This document shows, in pieces, positions 11,781 through 26,711 of a stretch of DNA of 64,000 nucleotides; within the stretch, counting starts at the first letter, position 1, and each line of letters starts with the position of its first letter. The notes beneath the pieces were generated by a model. The model saw nothing but the letters and a program-made list of their open reading frames with translations, did no database searches and was not told the origin of the DNA. A program made the position numbers and the translations under genes. Origin of the DNA: Amphiscolops sp. MND2022 (Eukaryota); contig OZ076409.1 of NCBI GenBank assembly GCA_964187785.1, forward strand, positions 36,768,001 to 36,832,000, given 5' to 3'.

Positions 11781-12220
11781 GTGCAGTTGTGAACTCATGT
11801 ATTGTTTGTATTTTATTGCTTTTTTGATGATGGAAAATCACAATTGTCATGACCGAAAACAGCAATACTCACTGAGTAAAATTGCTTAATGAAAATTATT
11901 GAAAATCGCTTTTTAAACTTTGATGGATTTTATGCTATCGATGGAACGTTTTGCGGAAGTTATTGAATGAGAAAAGGTCAAGTTTTTCATTAGTTGCAAA
12001 ATCAGTTGTAATTAATAAATCGGGTCCCATGCCATTTTCAGTTTTTTTCATGGGTTAAATCTACAGCAAATTCAGTTCAAAATGAAAAATGTAGCAAAAA
12101 TAAATCAATAAATGTCGATCATTAACACCAATTGATATTAAATAATTTGAAATGATTTTTAGCAACCAAGAAACCAACCTTAAAAATAATTCAAATGATT
12201 GCTAGGTGACCTTTGATTAG

Positions 12221-12446
12221 GTGCATTGATTGTGTTGGACGTACATGCACGTGACGTGTTGTACCTGATCAAGTTAGCCAGGGTCAGTTCCATCAACGAC
12301 TTCAAGTGGCTGAGTCAGCTGAGGTACTACTGGGAGAACGACAACGTCATGACCCGAATGATCAACACTCAGCTGGCGTACGGCTACGAGTATCTGGGCA
12401 ACAGTCCTCGTCTCGTCATCACACCCTTGACTGATCGATGCTACAG
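12221..12446 (+). CDS. DNAH7: dynein heavy chain exon
   Basis: [11 protein letters not shown]...[23 protein letters not shown]. Confidence 0.92.
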
Positions 12447-12683
12447 GTCATCAAACTCACTCTAACAGTCAATTTGTTGGAACGTGACACTTTAAAAGTA
12501 TATTTAAAGTCTAACCTTTCTAAGCCTGCCCCTACATAGAAAATTAAAAAAAAATCATTTCGTTTGAATAGAAAAAAATAGTTCAAAATTACAAAATGAA
12601 AGAACCTATAGAATTTGTTTTTTTTCTGACAAATTTATTTTCAAATAATCATCGTTCAGTATATTTTGTAAGCAAGTACTTGA

Positions 12684-12839
<156 letters not shown>

Positions 12840-12992
12840 TAGTGTTCACTGGTTTTCACTGGTTTTGGTAATACCGGAAAGCAATCTTTTCCACTACTCT
12901 TGACACTAGTTCTAGAGCAACGAGGTTAGGTCAACGCGATGAAATATTAAGGAACCCGAGAAAAACCAACGTTTACTTTTTGGTCTCTCTAG

Positions 12993-13376
<384 letters not shown>

Positions 13377-13516
13377 TAAACCATGATAAATACCATGAAA
13401 ACCATGAAAATAAAAGGAGGAAACTGGCGCATGCAACATGCAAAATGGTACGGCGACCATCCTTTGAAACTGAAATATATTTTATTGAACAATTTGAAAC
13501 ATTGACCTTTTACTAG

Positions 13517-13782
13517 GCATCGCTTCTGGTGGTGAAATCTTGCACTTCGAGGGCACGGAACTGAAGTTGAATCCTACTTGTGCTGTTTTCATCACAATGA
13601 ACCCTGGATACGCTGGAAGGTCAGAATTGCCAGACAACTTGAAGGCACTTTTCCGCCCTGTGGCCATGATGGTGCCCGATTACGCAATGATTTCTGAGAT
13701 TGTACTCTATTCGTGTGGTTTCGTCTCGGCGCGAGCATTGGCTGTCAAAATTGTCGCCACCTACCGACTATGTTCGGAACAG
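13517..13782 (+). CDS. DNAH7: dynein heavy chain exon
   Basis: [23 protein letters not shown]...LCSEQ|gc (GC donor). Confidence 0.92.
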
Positions 13783-14129
13783 GCATGTGAAAATATGCAA
13801 TTAAAAAATGAACAGCATTATTGAACAACTAACTTAAAACAGATATGCCTCGAAACTTTTATCAGATCAGTTATATGCGAATAGAATTTCAAAATGGTCT
13901 TCACAAGAAACCTCCAATTGTTTGAAATTTATACCGAATCCTACTTCATTTTAAAACCCTGCTTACAAGTTCTGATCTTGATATTTTTGAACCTGACAAA
14001 TATTTGGCAAATTCTTGATATTTTTGGCTTAATTCGCAAATTGTTCAATATCCTATATCTTTTCTTTAATTTGTAAAAAAATCTTTTTCATAACTTTTCT
14101 AAATTATTCACATCTCCGCTTGAAAACAG

Positions 14130-14405
14130 TTGTCGAGTCAACATCACTACGACTACGGTATGCGGGCTGTTAAGTCTGTTCTGACGGCAGCAGGCAACCT
14201 GAAACTGAAGTACCCGAATGACGACGAAGAAATGTTGATGCTCAGGTCGATCAATGACGTCAATATGCCCAAGTTCTTGTCGCAGGATTTGCCCCTGTTT
14301 TCGGGCATAACCTCTGACCTCTTCCCGGGGGTCAAACTGCCCAAACCAGACTACGCAGCTATGATTGAAGCTGTGGAAGTACATTGCAAACGATTGAATT
14401 TACAG
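14130..14405 (+). CDS. DNAH7: dynein heavy chain exon
   Basis: [18 protein letters not shown]...SDLFPG...LNLQ|gt. Confidence 0.92.
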
Positions 14406-14929
14406 GTTGATCTTAACACGCTCTATTTCGTGTCAGAAATATGAAACAAACAGCTGTACATTTAACCAATACTAAAATAGCTCGAAATTGGCGCTCGTTG
14501 CGGCGGCTCAAAATGTACTATATACAGTCTTTGAAATGCCCGTGAGCAATTAGAATCCTGAGTGAGTACTTTTTGGGTTCATTCCGGTTCTATATAGTTG
14601 CGAAATATAGAAGTACTCATCGAGGACACCCTTTTCGTATGGTATTTTTCGTAAAATATTATCCAAAATTATCACAGTGCTGAAAAATCAAAAGGGCCCT
14701 TTGGTTAATATGAGCCGCAAAGATATTCAAAAACTACGAAGTCAAGCTACATTTCAAAGACGTTTTGCACCCTAGTCATTAAATTATCATTTACTTAGTT
14801 TTTAGTCGACGTTGTTTCATATCGATTGATACCTCTTACTACTACCATTGCTGGTCATGAAATGTTAAAGAAATTATTGTTTCAACTAAAGATAAAAATT
14901 TTGTGGTTTTCGTTGAGGTTTAACATTAA

Positions 14930-15504
14930 CCTCGACAGTGCTTTTGTCCCCAAATGAGGACAGCAATTTTTTTCACAATCAATAAAATATTACGAAACGC
15001 AAAAAGCTCATAGGAAAATGAAGTTTTGTTTTTCTAATCAACAATCTATTGGAATACCTGGGGCGAGTTGTTATTTGTGTCAATATAGTTTGTTTTCCGA
15101 ACCACCGGCAAAAAGGTAACTAGAAAAAAGTGAAAATTTGCAAAAAGATACTTTTCTCAATAAACTTTTCTCAAATTAACTTTTTCTCAATAACACAGCA
15201 AATGTTTGCTAAGTTACTGTCACTCTCTAGTAACGCAGTTTGCCACCATTGAAACCGCATATAGAAGTTTTTTTAATGAAGCTTCAGGGAAAAGTTCTAG
15301 TGTCATTTGAAAGGGGTGGCGCTCTCACCTCAAATATGGCGCCAACTCCCAGCCTAACTAGTGTCTATTTGAAAGCTTAGGTAAAGGGCTTTCAGGAGCA
15401 GAAAACCGATTTGAGCTGTCGCTATTATTCGTGGAAAAATTAGGCTTTGAAAAATTTTTTGCTATTTTTTGTCACTTTTTCAACTTCTCGGTGTACTGTC
15501 GAGG
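14930..15504. mobile_element. piggyBac-like MITE
   Basis: TIR CCTCGACAGT/ACTGTCGAGG flanked by TTAA on both sides. Confidence 0.8.
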
Positions 15505-15566
15505 TTAAAATGTTACCATAATATAATGTAGTCACGCTTATAGCATTAATTTTTAAATGTTTTCAG

Positions 15567-15713
15567 ATGACAGACAGTTTTCTGGACAAGATTTTGCAGA
15601 TCTACGAGATGATGTTGGTGCGACACGGTTTCATGGTAGTGGGTCTGCCCTTCGGGGGAAAGACTTCGGCTTACAGGGTATTAGCAGAGGCTCTGGGCAC
15701 TCTTCATGAGAAT
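15567..15713 (+). CDS. DNAH7: dynein heavy chain exon (AAA2 P-loop)
   Basis: cag|[33 protein letters not shown]...HEN|gtaag. Confidence 0.92.
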
Positions 15714-15991
15714 GTAAGACTACATTCCTGATTGAGAAATTTTGCATTCTTTTCTAGGATCTTGTAAGAAGTTCACAGCAATTCTTTTTTCTTGCTTAAA
15801 AAATCTTAGAAGGAGTTAATTCGTTTCAGGATTCTTGCGTGGAGTCTTTTGACTTGCAAACTCTTTCAAAAGTGAATACAAACGATTTTCTTTGTCAAGG
15901 ATTCTATTAATTCTCGACCAGGGCTTTTCCTATTTCAGATAGCTTTAGTTATATTTTTAATTCTTTATTTGAAGTTTCAAGGACACATCAT

Positions 15992-16432
15992 TAGGGCAAC
16001 CAAAAAGGGCAAAAGGGCAATAGGGGCAAAAACGGCAGAAATGCGGGTTAGGGGCAAAAAGTTTAATGAAAGGCAAAAAAGGCAAAATACTTCGAATCTT
16101 GTACTTTTTCGTATATAATCACCCCTTTTCTGAGAAATACGAGTCGCCCCGAGTTTGTGTACAGGCATACACATTTCTCAGAAATAACCATTTTTGAACC
16201 AAACTCAACAAGATGCTAGCCAAGGACCGTAATTTTGATGTTACAAATATCGAGAATTACATTTGCATTTATTGCAACAGTTCACTTTAATAAACGAATT
16301 TGACTTTTTTTGTTAAATCCTCGCTTTCAAACGCGTGCCGATAAAGGGCAAAAAAGGGGCAAATTTTAAAATAAAGGGCGGCAAATAAAGGGCAAAATTT
16401 TAAAAAATAAAGGGCAAATCGCGGTTGCCCTA
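15992..16432. mobile_element. hAT-like MITE
   Basis: TIR TAGGGCAACC/GGTTGCCCTA; 8-bp TSD CACATCAT; subterminal AGGGCAAA repeats. Confidence 0.85.
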
Positions 16433-17115
16433 CACATCATGCTCTTCTAGTGCTTATGTAACTTACATTGTCAACCTCCCATGTTGAGCACTCCCTGCGA
16501 ATCTGTACAGATCTGTACAGATACTGACAGATATTCCAGGATTGTTCGAAAATTGAATAGTCATAAATTCAGTTTTGAAAATGAAATTAGTTGATTAAAA
16601 AGTGCTCTACGAAAGAAACATGGCCCTTATTTGAAGTTTTAAAAAAGTTTCTGTGCGAATCTGTACATATCTGTACAGATCCTTGCAGATGTTCCAGGAT
16701 TTGTTAAACATTAGCCACACGAAAATGACAAATCAATTACTATAACGTATTCCGAGTTTCCAGTCATTAATAAAACTACTCCAGCAAACCATGTTCCCAA
16801 AATATTACAACCACAGCACTTTATCAACACCTCTTCCAACCCAGAGGGTTCCCACAATGTCAAGTTTCATCCGTCAAAACGATGTCAAAATGTCAAAATG
16901 GCAAAGTTGAAAAACCACTTCTGGGAAGTTCAAGTGAAATGGATAAATTACCGTGTATAACCAGCACAGAACATTCCCTTCCGCAAATTATTACACGTCA
17001 TTATGAAGATTACGCGGATGTTGATGAAAAAGTGATCTTCTTCCAACTGTTTAATAGTCAATGTTTCACCTTGTGTATGCATTTTGACTTCTCAGTTTCT
17101 ACTAATTTGTGGCAG

Positions 17116-17277
17116 AAAAAGTTGGTGGGAATGGCGCTGGAGAATAAAGTGCAGATAACGGTCATAAACCCCAAATCGATCACGATGGGTCAACTGTACG
17201 GCCAGTTTGACCCCATCTCTCACGAGTGGTCGGACGGAGTTCTAGCAGTCAGCTACCGAGCATTCGCCACTTCCTTG
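17116..17277 (+). CDS. DNAH7: dynein heavy chain exon
   Basis: [28 protein letters not shown]. Confidence 0.9.
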
Positions 17278-18191
17278 GTAAATCTAAGAGTTTTCTTGAT
17301 TCACTTGGTTTATTGATTCAGTTTTGTTGTCTTGATTGAAATTTTTCTTGCATGTTTTAATTATGATTTCGTCATACATGTAAATGCTAGGAGTTTAGGA
17401 TATTTTTATTTAATTAGGATCTAATTCATAAATAGAGCAGCTAAATTGGAGTACGAAATTTTTCTGAGTTGTTTTCCATGTGGTAAGGAACCTTTAAAAT
17501 TTCCGCTGAGTATTCATACGTGAAAGGAAAATATTTATATTAGCCACGTTTTTCTTCAAAATTTATACCCAAACTGAAGGGTTTCACTAAGATAATTCAA
17601 CTGACATTTTTATTCTTGACCCCAATGACGACCCCAGAATGACCTAAAATGACCCCAAAAACGTCAAAAATACAAAAATTTCCAAATTTTCAATAATTTG
17701 ATGCAATTTTTGTCAAATCTTTAATACATTTCGTAGATTATACCGTTAAAAATGTTCAACAACGATTGAGTACGTTGTCCGATAGGCTTTTGTGAATAGA
17801 TAAAACCAGTTTTCTGTTGGAAATATGCGTTGAATTGACCTCAAAAAAGTTTAACAAACCTAATTTTTCCCATTCATGTTGTTTTGCATGCAATTTTTTT
17901 AACAATTTTTGAAGGTTTTCATGTTTTCAGGTTAGAAAGTTTAAAACGTTCAAAGACAAACGAACTAGCTAAGCAGTAGGCTTTTCCAAAGAGAAAGCGT
18001 CATTGTTTTGTTTCATAAACTTTTAAGAATGACCTCAAATTAGTCGAAAAACCTTTCAAAGTCCAGTTTTTCGGAGTTTAAAAGCAATTTTTGTTATATT
18101 TTGAGAAAAATAGTTGGTTAGAATGTTGACAATGTTCTACAACGATTGAACGTGTCATCCAGTGGGTTTTTCGGAGATCAGAAAATTTTTG

Positions 18192-18647
18192 TTATTTTCC
18201 GCCCATATTTCATATGGGAAAGGAAAATATTTAAATCAAACGGGTTTTTTTTTTTTTTTTACAAAATTTGCCAAGATTTTATTTATATTTAAATTTAAGG
18301 GTGTTACCCATAGAATTCAACCCACATAAATTTAGCTTCGTGCGATATGTATTTGTAGAGATTTTTGAAGTTTTTTTTAAAAAATGACGAAAATGACCCC
18401 TTAATGACAAAATGACCCCTTAATGACAAAAATTCCCAAATTTCTCATTTTTAAACGTTTTTATGCAATTTTTGCCATTTTTTGAGAGACACCGCGAATT
18501 AGAAAAATGGACAAGATGAATCGAAGCTTTCTTTTCTTCGAACTTCTCAGCGTTTTTATAGTGCATTAGTTATTCTTGAGCCTCATTTATGTAGTTGTAG
18601 AACAGTTCGGGGCGGAAAATATCCCGCTCCTCAGCGGGCGTCTTGTT
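18192..18647 (+). mobile_element. Helentron/DINE-1-like non-autonomous element, family A
   Basis: Subterminal IR TATTTTCCGCCC/GGGCGGAAAATA, 3' hairpin CCCGCT..AGCGGG, ends CGTCTTGTT. Confidence 0.6.
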
Positions 18648-19443
18648 AGAAAAACGTCACGAATTCACCCAATTTTTCTCCGGTTTTTGACTTCATCAAG
18701 AACTGTTTGTGCAAAAAAGTAACACATATCGCGAATTACAATAATAAAAACGTTCCAGACAAAATAACTAGTAATGCAGTACAGTACGCTTTTCAAAATA
18801 AGTTTTTCCGGTTTAACATTACGTCGGATTATGCTGTAATTTCGTGGGTTAGGATAAAAACATTTAATCGAACGAACACGCCATCCACTGTAGGCTTTTG
18901 GAAAAAATGAATTTTCTTGATAGAAAAGTTCTTTAAAATGACTTCCCAAATTGTAAACCCCCCAAAATTGGAATTTTTTTTGCAAATTTCGAGATAATTT
19001 GAAAAGTTTTGTGGGAGAAGAAACAGCAAAGAAAGACTAGCTATGCACTTTGCTTCGTTGATACAAACATTGTCGTTTTGCTCAAAATCATCTCGGAATG
19101 ACTCTAAAAAGTCTAAAAACATCTAGAACGATGTTTTTTGTCCCTATTTTGCTATTTTTGTAAAATTTTTGAGAGAGTTGGCTGATTAGAATTCTAAAAT
19201 TGTTCAACGGCAAACCAAACTTCTAATTAGCATTTTCATAGTGCATTGGCTACTCTTGTGTCTCAAACATATGTTGTTGCTAGAAGAGTGTGAGGCCGAA
19301 CCTATCCCGCTGGTCAGCGGTCGTCTTGTTTTGATTAAACTGTATGTTTGTTTGGTCATGAACTGAAATGATAGATTAGCTTTTGATCATATATTTTCGT
19401 CTGTTTTTGGAGACTTTTCATATGCACATGAATGTTTTTGCAG

Positions 19444-19626
19444 ACTCCTGACAGGAAGTGGCTGATTTTCGATGGGCCAGTGGATGCGATATGGATTGAG
19501 AACATGAACACTGTGCTGGATGACAACAAGAAGCTCTGTCTGATGAGTGGCGAGATCATCCAGCTGGCGTCCACCACCAACATGGTGTTTGAGCCCATGG
19601 ATCTCGAGGCAGCCTCCCCCGCCACC
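19444..19626 (+). CDS. DNAH7: dynein heavy chain exon
   Basis: [33 protein letters not shown]...ASPAT|gtaag. Confidence 0.93.
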
Positions 19627-20004
19627 GTAAGACACTTCTCACGCATTTACTTATGAAAATGATGAACCACATACAGTAAGTAATGACAATTTTTATAATC
19701 CGCCCACAAGTCCAATGTTCTAGAATTTTTTGAATGGCAAAATTTGAAATGAAATACAGACGGCACAAATTGAACACGACAAAAAAGTTTCAAGTTGTTT
19801 CTAGTAATTAGTGGGCAAATTAAAGAAGGTCTCTTATAGTGAATTCATCGATACTTCGACGTTGAAAAGCTACAGTGGTAAGAAATTCACTTATCGCGTG
19901 TGTTCTGCGTCGAGGTCAATTGCCAGTCATAACCGCATTATTTGAAAGATCTCACGACGAAAAGCAGGAAAATTTAGTTAATGGGTTAATATTGATTGTA
20001 AAAG

Positions 20005-20184
20005 GTTTCCCGATGTGGCATGATATACATGGAACCTGAACTGTTGGGCTGGCTACCCCTGATGACGTCATGGCTGACGACCTTCCCGAAGAGTGTGGGT
20101 GACGTTCACAAGAGAATCCTCACAGACCTCTTCAACCGCATCGTGCCCCCTTGTCTCTCGTTCGTGCGCAAAAGCGGAGCTAAG
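20005..20184 (+). CDS. DNAH7: dynein heavy chain exon
   Basis: VSRCGMIYMEP...GAK|gt. Confidence 0.9.
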
Positions 20185-20553
20185 GTATTCCTCCATATCC
20201 GAGTTTTCCTCACTTTTTGAATAGTTATTCAAACGTTAGATCTGCATTACTGATTGAGAGTGGAACGAACAAGTGATTGCTGCGCATTCACTAATGAAAT
20301 AAAGAAAAATTGTCGAAAAATCGAGAAAATAGCGTTTTGATTTTTGTAGCCTCTGAAAAATGAAAAAGTCTATCAGTGAAGATGTCAATTATTATATGAA
20401 GTTTTTTTCTTGGCGAAAGTTTTAATACAGTCAGATCAGTAGTATGTTTAATTCAAGAAGAAGAAGAAGTTTTTTTTACCAGGAAGTATTGCCCGGTTTC
20501 TAGACAACAGTGTGATAAAAATTTAGCAAAAACTTTTCCAATATTGTACGCAG

Positions 20554-20813
20554 GAACTGTCGCCCACAAATAACACTAACCTGGTACGGTCTCTGATGAA
20601 CCTGATGGACGCTCAAATGGGCTCCTTCTTCGACGAGGGCAGACTGAAGAACTACCACGACAAGATCATCACCGCCTGGCTCGAAGGCATGTTCTTCTTT
20701 GCCCTAGTCTGGTCGGTAGGGGGCTCCATCACCAACGAACCAGGCAGGGTCCTCTTCAATGATCTCGTGCGCGAAATCATGCGCGGATTTCTCCAGGAGT
20801 CCACTAGAATCCA
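20554..20813 (+). CDS. DNAH7: dynein heavy chain exon
   Basis: ELSPTNNTNLVRSLMNL...FFFALVWSVGGS; phase-2 donor CA|gtttgt matches next exon. Confidence 0.85.
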
Positions 20814-22033
20814 GTTTGTATAATTCTGATACAAGTATTCCAAATAAGTAGCTTAAAATAAAAGAACTTCGACGGTATTTTTGTTCTGATTCTACATAGT
20901 TTCACCAAGATTCGAATTTTTTGCTGCTTTATACTAGGCCTTGCCAAAATTGTGGTAGGATCATTGTAAACAATCGTTCTGTGTTTTCGAACAATGTATC
21001 GAACTTTCTTATTTGACATGTACCCAAGTTTATTCTCAAAGGACTATAGGCTTATCGCAACTATCACGATCGTATTAGTCATGGACGTCATACCATGATC
21101 CATGTTTTCTTAGGTTTTTCGTCTGGTAAATAATAATAATTTATTCATTTCACCTAATTTTTGCAGGCGCATGCAACTTTTGCGAAAGCATTTCTAGTAG
21201 CATCGGCAGAAACATTGTTAGATCATAAGCTTTTTTATTATTTTAAATTGAAACTCTCCAAACATTGAAGTTTTGGTACTTGAGAGTTGGCAATGATTTA
21301 GAGCATCTAGCAAGTTCTCAAGATGTAGTCGCTTCGGTGTGAAAACCACTGTTTCTTGTTGATTTGCCTATGAATCTTACTGATTTCTTGTAAGGTAGTT
21401 GTCCATGTGAAGCTTCGGCTTTCTTTTGTAGCGTGTCTTGCCTGAATAAGAACATTGTATACAAACATAGTTTTTGTGGTACGATGGAATTACGTCATTG
21501 AGCGAATATTACTATGAATTGAGACACGTTCATGATTTTGTTCATGATTTTGGAATTATCGTAGCAGGATCGTACGACCATGCTATTACGACTTGCTCAA
21601 GGCTGTCTCTCAATGCTCCTTCATGGAATACGATCCGTGATTCATGGAGACGCATTCATGTTCCTTGATATGGCCCATCGCTTGGCAAGCCATGAATCAT
21701 GCACGAATCACGGATGAAAATCCTCGACCGAACAAGAAAATCTGGTGTATTGTGCAGAGGTCCCAGTTTTGACGAGAAATGGCTTTGAAAAACTCTTCAA
21801 GGGCTTGATTTATATTTGTGTAATCTAGATTTTCATTTTTTCTCACACCATATTTTTAAATCAAGCTTATTTCTGCGATGAATATTCTGATAGAAAACAA
21901 CCTTTTTCTTTTGTTTAACGGATAGCATTTTTTCCATCTCAAGTTATGTTTTCATTTCAAAAAACTAATCGCTGTTTTCGTTTTGAAAATTCTTGCCCTC
22001 AACAAAAGTTTTAACATTTTTGTTTTATTTTAG

Positions 22034-22130
22034 ACTAAACATTCCGGAAAGTGTCGGCGAGCCAGAGACTCCTTATTTGATGACGTTCCCAGATACAGGA
22101 AACATCTACGAGTACAGATTCGTAAAAGAA
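22034..22130 (+). CDS. DNAH7: dynein heavy chain exon
   Basis: tag|A LNIPES...FPDTGNIYEYRFVKE|gtaaat. Confidence 0.8.
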
Positions 22131-25082
22131 GTAAATAATTTCTTATTGACAAATTCTATTTCTATTACACAGTTGCAACGCAGTTCCATGGAGCATTGTA
22201 AGTACTTACTGTGGAAGCGATAAAAACTCAGAGGGCCGAGATTTCTTTACAGTTTTGATAATCAAAAAGGATCTTTTTTATTTTATTTCCAGATCGACTT
22301 CACAGATGGAACGAAAATAACATCAACAGAGGTAAGATACATACATGAATATGTATACCGTTTGAAGCCTTATGATTTTTTTCAGTGTTCTGTTTTCATT
22401 ATTCTACCATTCCAATGCATGATTTGCATGAACTTTCAATTTTTTGAGCACAAGAATATCACTTTTGAGACCATATATTGTTGCAACACGCTCTAGCCGC
22501 GCCTTATAGCTGCATTTTATTGGTACTGGCCAAATATCAAACCAAAATTGTTCCAATGATGAGTCATTTTCTTCCACAGTTTTTAGCTTCAAGATACGAC
22601 GTAAAACAGTGTCACTGGGCCCTTTGTCTCTTCTTCAATCTAAACTTGTTTTCATTGCCTGTCATGAAACTTTTGAGCAATGATTGCCTGAAAAATCAGT
22701 TGAGCACCCACTGGCTCTATGTTTTATACTTTAGAGGCATCAAACTTTTCGTTGATAATTGTCGGAATATATCATGGTTGGAAGGTCATATGATATCGTC
22801 GGTTATCTCGCTGGCTAGCATTAAGTCAGTTTTTAGTAGGCGCATTTTAGAAGAAAATGTGCCCGACTATTACCGTGGCTATTTTTTTCCCGAGGTAAAT
22901 TACGTTTCACTGAAGAGGAAGGGGAGGGTTCAAAAAGCGCTCCCATATTGCTCAGCACGCGACATCCAAACTGTCGAAGCGTTTTCCGAACACGAAAGAC
23001 ACCCTTTGCGTGTTACTCTAATCTTTTCTGAAGTTTTCATAGAAAAAACTCTAAAATATTTTTAAAACTTAGCGCTTTTTGAGCATTAAGTCGGGCACCG
23101 ATTTGAGACGTTCCCGTCTTATTATAACTAAACATGCGTAAATGCGCAATTTCTCTATTTTGGCGTCTACAAAAGTCCTATGACAATGCGCGAAGCACAT
23201 AACTTTGTTAGAACTGGATTTATGTCGTTTGTAGACTCGTCGGTATAGTAAAAGCAGCTGGAAAAGCTGCCTATACCATGCTTTGTTATAACTCATTTGG
23301 CTAACTCGGTGTTTACTTATCAAACGCTACTTCTCACTACTTAAAAATAAACTAGAAATGACGCTGGCGATGGAAGTGTTCGAATTGATCAACCAATTGA
23401 TCTCTCCGAGTGAATTTTACTATTTTTTTCGTAGGAAAAGGAACCAAGTACACGAAAAGGGCCGACCGGCATGCATATATTAGAGATGTCATCCCAACTT
23501 TCGACTCGAAGCATTCGACCTCGTACCTCCCCCAGTCCCAAGCTGATAGCACTTAGAGGCGCGCTGACGAAACTCAGAATAAGTCAGATAATAGTTGGAA
23601 TTGATAGCCCATGAGACATTGGGGCGTTTGCGCATATCTTCGGAACCCTTCCACGAGCGTAGGAGGAGCATCGACCCTATATTAAGAAACCTTGAATGTT
23701 ATGTAAATTGCCACCAGTTGATACTAGGATCGTGAATATTAACTAAGATGTTCACGTACCAACCCTAAGTAAAATACATGTAAAATACATTAATCGGCTC
23801 AGGGAGCGCAGTGTAACGTTTGTTTGAGGCACGTCGGACCGGACGCGCGGGCCGTCCAATAAACGACATTTGACTTTGTCTCGTTAGACCTGAAAGGAAC
23901 CGTATTAACGAAAGTAGTCGAATATTACCGTGAAAGAAACTGTATTTGTGACCCATCCGGGGGTAACCACTTTTTGTAAACAAACATTACGCATATCATG
24001 TAACTCGGGAACCCTCGACCGTGGAACCATATAACTTGGAATGTGGCAACTTTGGATGAGTTCAAATCACTTCAAAGTCACGGGCGTACCTCAAGATCAT
24101 TTCAGGAGCGACCCCTGATTACATGAAAAAATGTATCTAAAACATGTAAATCAGCGTTTTTCCGTGATAATTCAAGCATTTCAGCCAGGCGAAAAAATTC
24201 GCCATGCACCGCACTTACAATGACAAAAAAGTACCCTCGCACGCGAGAGTATGTAAACCAGGTTATTGAAGGTCATGGAGCAACTCTCTGGACATCAGAA
24301 AGTTCTTGTGCAACTTGAAATATGAGAGAATATGGACTTCGGACAAGATGTTGAACTATTTTTCGTTGGCGGAAAAAAAAACTTTGGTCGAAGTCAAAAC
24401 TAGTCGTGCTCGCTATGCTCTAAAAGGAATAGGTAAACATGAAAGTGAAAGCATGCAAACGTAAGGTGCCGACGCCTAATAACAAAAACGTCAAGTAGAA
24501 AGTGATGATGCAACCTCCAGAAACACATGCAATGAGTAAACCAAATTGAGGCGGAATCGAATGAGAATTGAATCGACACAATCGAGTTAGAGAGCTAAAA
24601 GCTAGTTGAGTCTCGCGGAGACAGGATACTTTTCTAGAAGCTTGCGAAGTCGCTAGCTCAGAGTAGATTGGGGACTTGTGATTTGGTTGACGCTGCAGTT
24701 TCAACAAGATTCAATTGCGCCTAACCTACGTGGCTGAACCTCGAATTCGATTGCAGTCGTATCCTTTTATTGGGGATTGTAGATAGTACTTCGTGAATAA
24801 ATTCAACTGGATTTTATAGCTATCATCTTCATATTCAATTGAAGTATTGCAATCTGATTCTCGTGATTTAATAGTCATAAGCAGATAGAGTAACAACTGG
24901 AGAGATAAATTGACAGTAACTACCAAAGAATTGGCTAACTCACCAAAACAACTTTTTTCTGTTAAGCTTTCAATTGGAGGTAAAACCCTCTCCAAGCCCT
25001 AAATGGGATTTTCTGACAGTAATCAAAATTTCGACATCAATTCTGTCGTAAACACGGTTATAAAATGTTAAACTTGGTTCAG

Positions 25083-25280
25083 TTGAAAGCGTATTGGGAG
25101 TTGTGGGTGGAGAAGATCAAAGACGCACCTCCAATCAGCAAGGATGCCACTGTGAACCAGATCATAGTGCCCACCATTGACACAGTGCGCATCCAGACTC
25201 TGGCTCAGATGCTGGTCACCCATCAGAAAGCTGTTCTGTTCGTGGGTCAAACGGGAACTGGCAAGTCTGTGTATCTCAAT
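25083..25280 (+). CDS. DNAH7: dynein heavy chain exon (AAA3 P-loop)
   Basis: IIVPTIDTVR...VGQTGTGKSVYLN|gtaag; followed by a 17.7-kb intron. Confidence 0.92.
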
Positions 25281-26711
25281 GTAAGAATATACAAATACTT
25301 GGTTGCGAAATTTCAATACTTGAAAAATCCAAGTGTTTTCGACATGGTTGAACAACTAATTTTGCTGCTATGGAAAAACTTCGACAACAATTTTACTGTC
25401 ACTGGCAACTTGTGTAGCTGTATAGACAGTGGACAGTTCAAAAAATGTTTGAATTAACCCAAAGTGCTACTTTTTGCATATTTCGAATCAATTTGTTTTC
25501 ATTTTTGGTAAATTTTTTGATACACTAAATGAAAAAACGATAATTGAAAGGGTTTTTCTTGAATTTTTAAAAAATGCCAACACGTGCTAGCACTCCACCG
25601 CAAACCACCGGTGACCATCAATGGACACATTTTCGGGCTGGACACCGGTGGAAAATTTTTCAAAAATTCGTAAAATTTACTCACGTCTTGAAATGACGAG
25701 CTTCGGACGTGCTTGACAGTGTGAATTTGGCTTGTCTTCATTTCATTAAAATGCATGTTTTCTTTGGTTTCGACCGATTATTAGTTATTTCAGAGGGTTA
25801 TCTTAATGACCCGGGTAGCATTGAAGACGCTTTTTGGCTCCACAGTCCCTGAAGTCACTTGATAGGTATTATGTTATGAATTTGGTGTTAGGACCTAAAA
25901 TCACTGAATTTTGATGGAATAATTTTTGATGGCCCAAAATTTTTCTGATAAAGTAAGACCTAAAATCACCGTATTTTGGTGGAATGAAGCCTAAAATTGG
26001 GCAGTGATTGGATGCCAACTCGGGATTGATACTGATTCTTTATCGGAACTTTCGGTGATTACCGGTGGCCACCGCAAAAGCTGCAAATGCCGCCTCAGTG
26101 GAGCATCGGTCACCACCGGTGAACTGCGATTGGATGCCAACCCTTGAAGTTTCTTTTTATATACGTCCATGATGAAACGCACACTGGATTGTCGTTACTT
26201 TCTACTGATTGAGTTATAGACTATGTTTGACAAAATTCCCCCTTAGCTCCGGAGTTTGTCATTTTTAGTCGTCGCTTTTTGTGAAACAAAAAATGGTCGA
26301 CAACTACAGTGACCGTTTTTCTCCACACCACAGACCTCACACTGGAAGATCCACTTTAACAGAAGTTCTCTAGGCCTTCCTACCTTACTAGAAAGCAACC
26401 TCTGGTGCTTCCAAAGAGTGTCGCCTTTGCGTACCACAGTTTTAAAAAGTTTTTTCGTTCCTGGACAACTCAGAAGGTTCGGTTTTACTGTTTTTTTCCG
26501 GTATTTTGAGCCTTTTTCTGAACTTTTTTTAATTTGCAAAATGTTATTTTGATTTTCTGCAGCCAACTGGATAATAAAAAAGCCCAAAGGGTGCCCTTTT
26601 TGCGTTTTCGGCACTGTAAGACTTTTCAAAAAGTTTTCATGCTTGCAAAGGTAAAGGAAAAATCAGAGAGTCCCTGCTTTGGGTCTTTTCGGTACTATGC
26701 AACTTTTCTGA

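Noticed and set aside
22200..25000. Higher-complexity intron segment with a 195-aa ORF (22478-23065)
   Set aside because: No recognisable domain, TIR or TSD; possibly a decayed transposon but unsupported.
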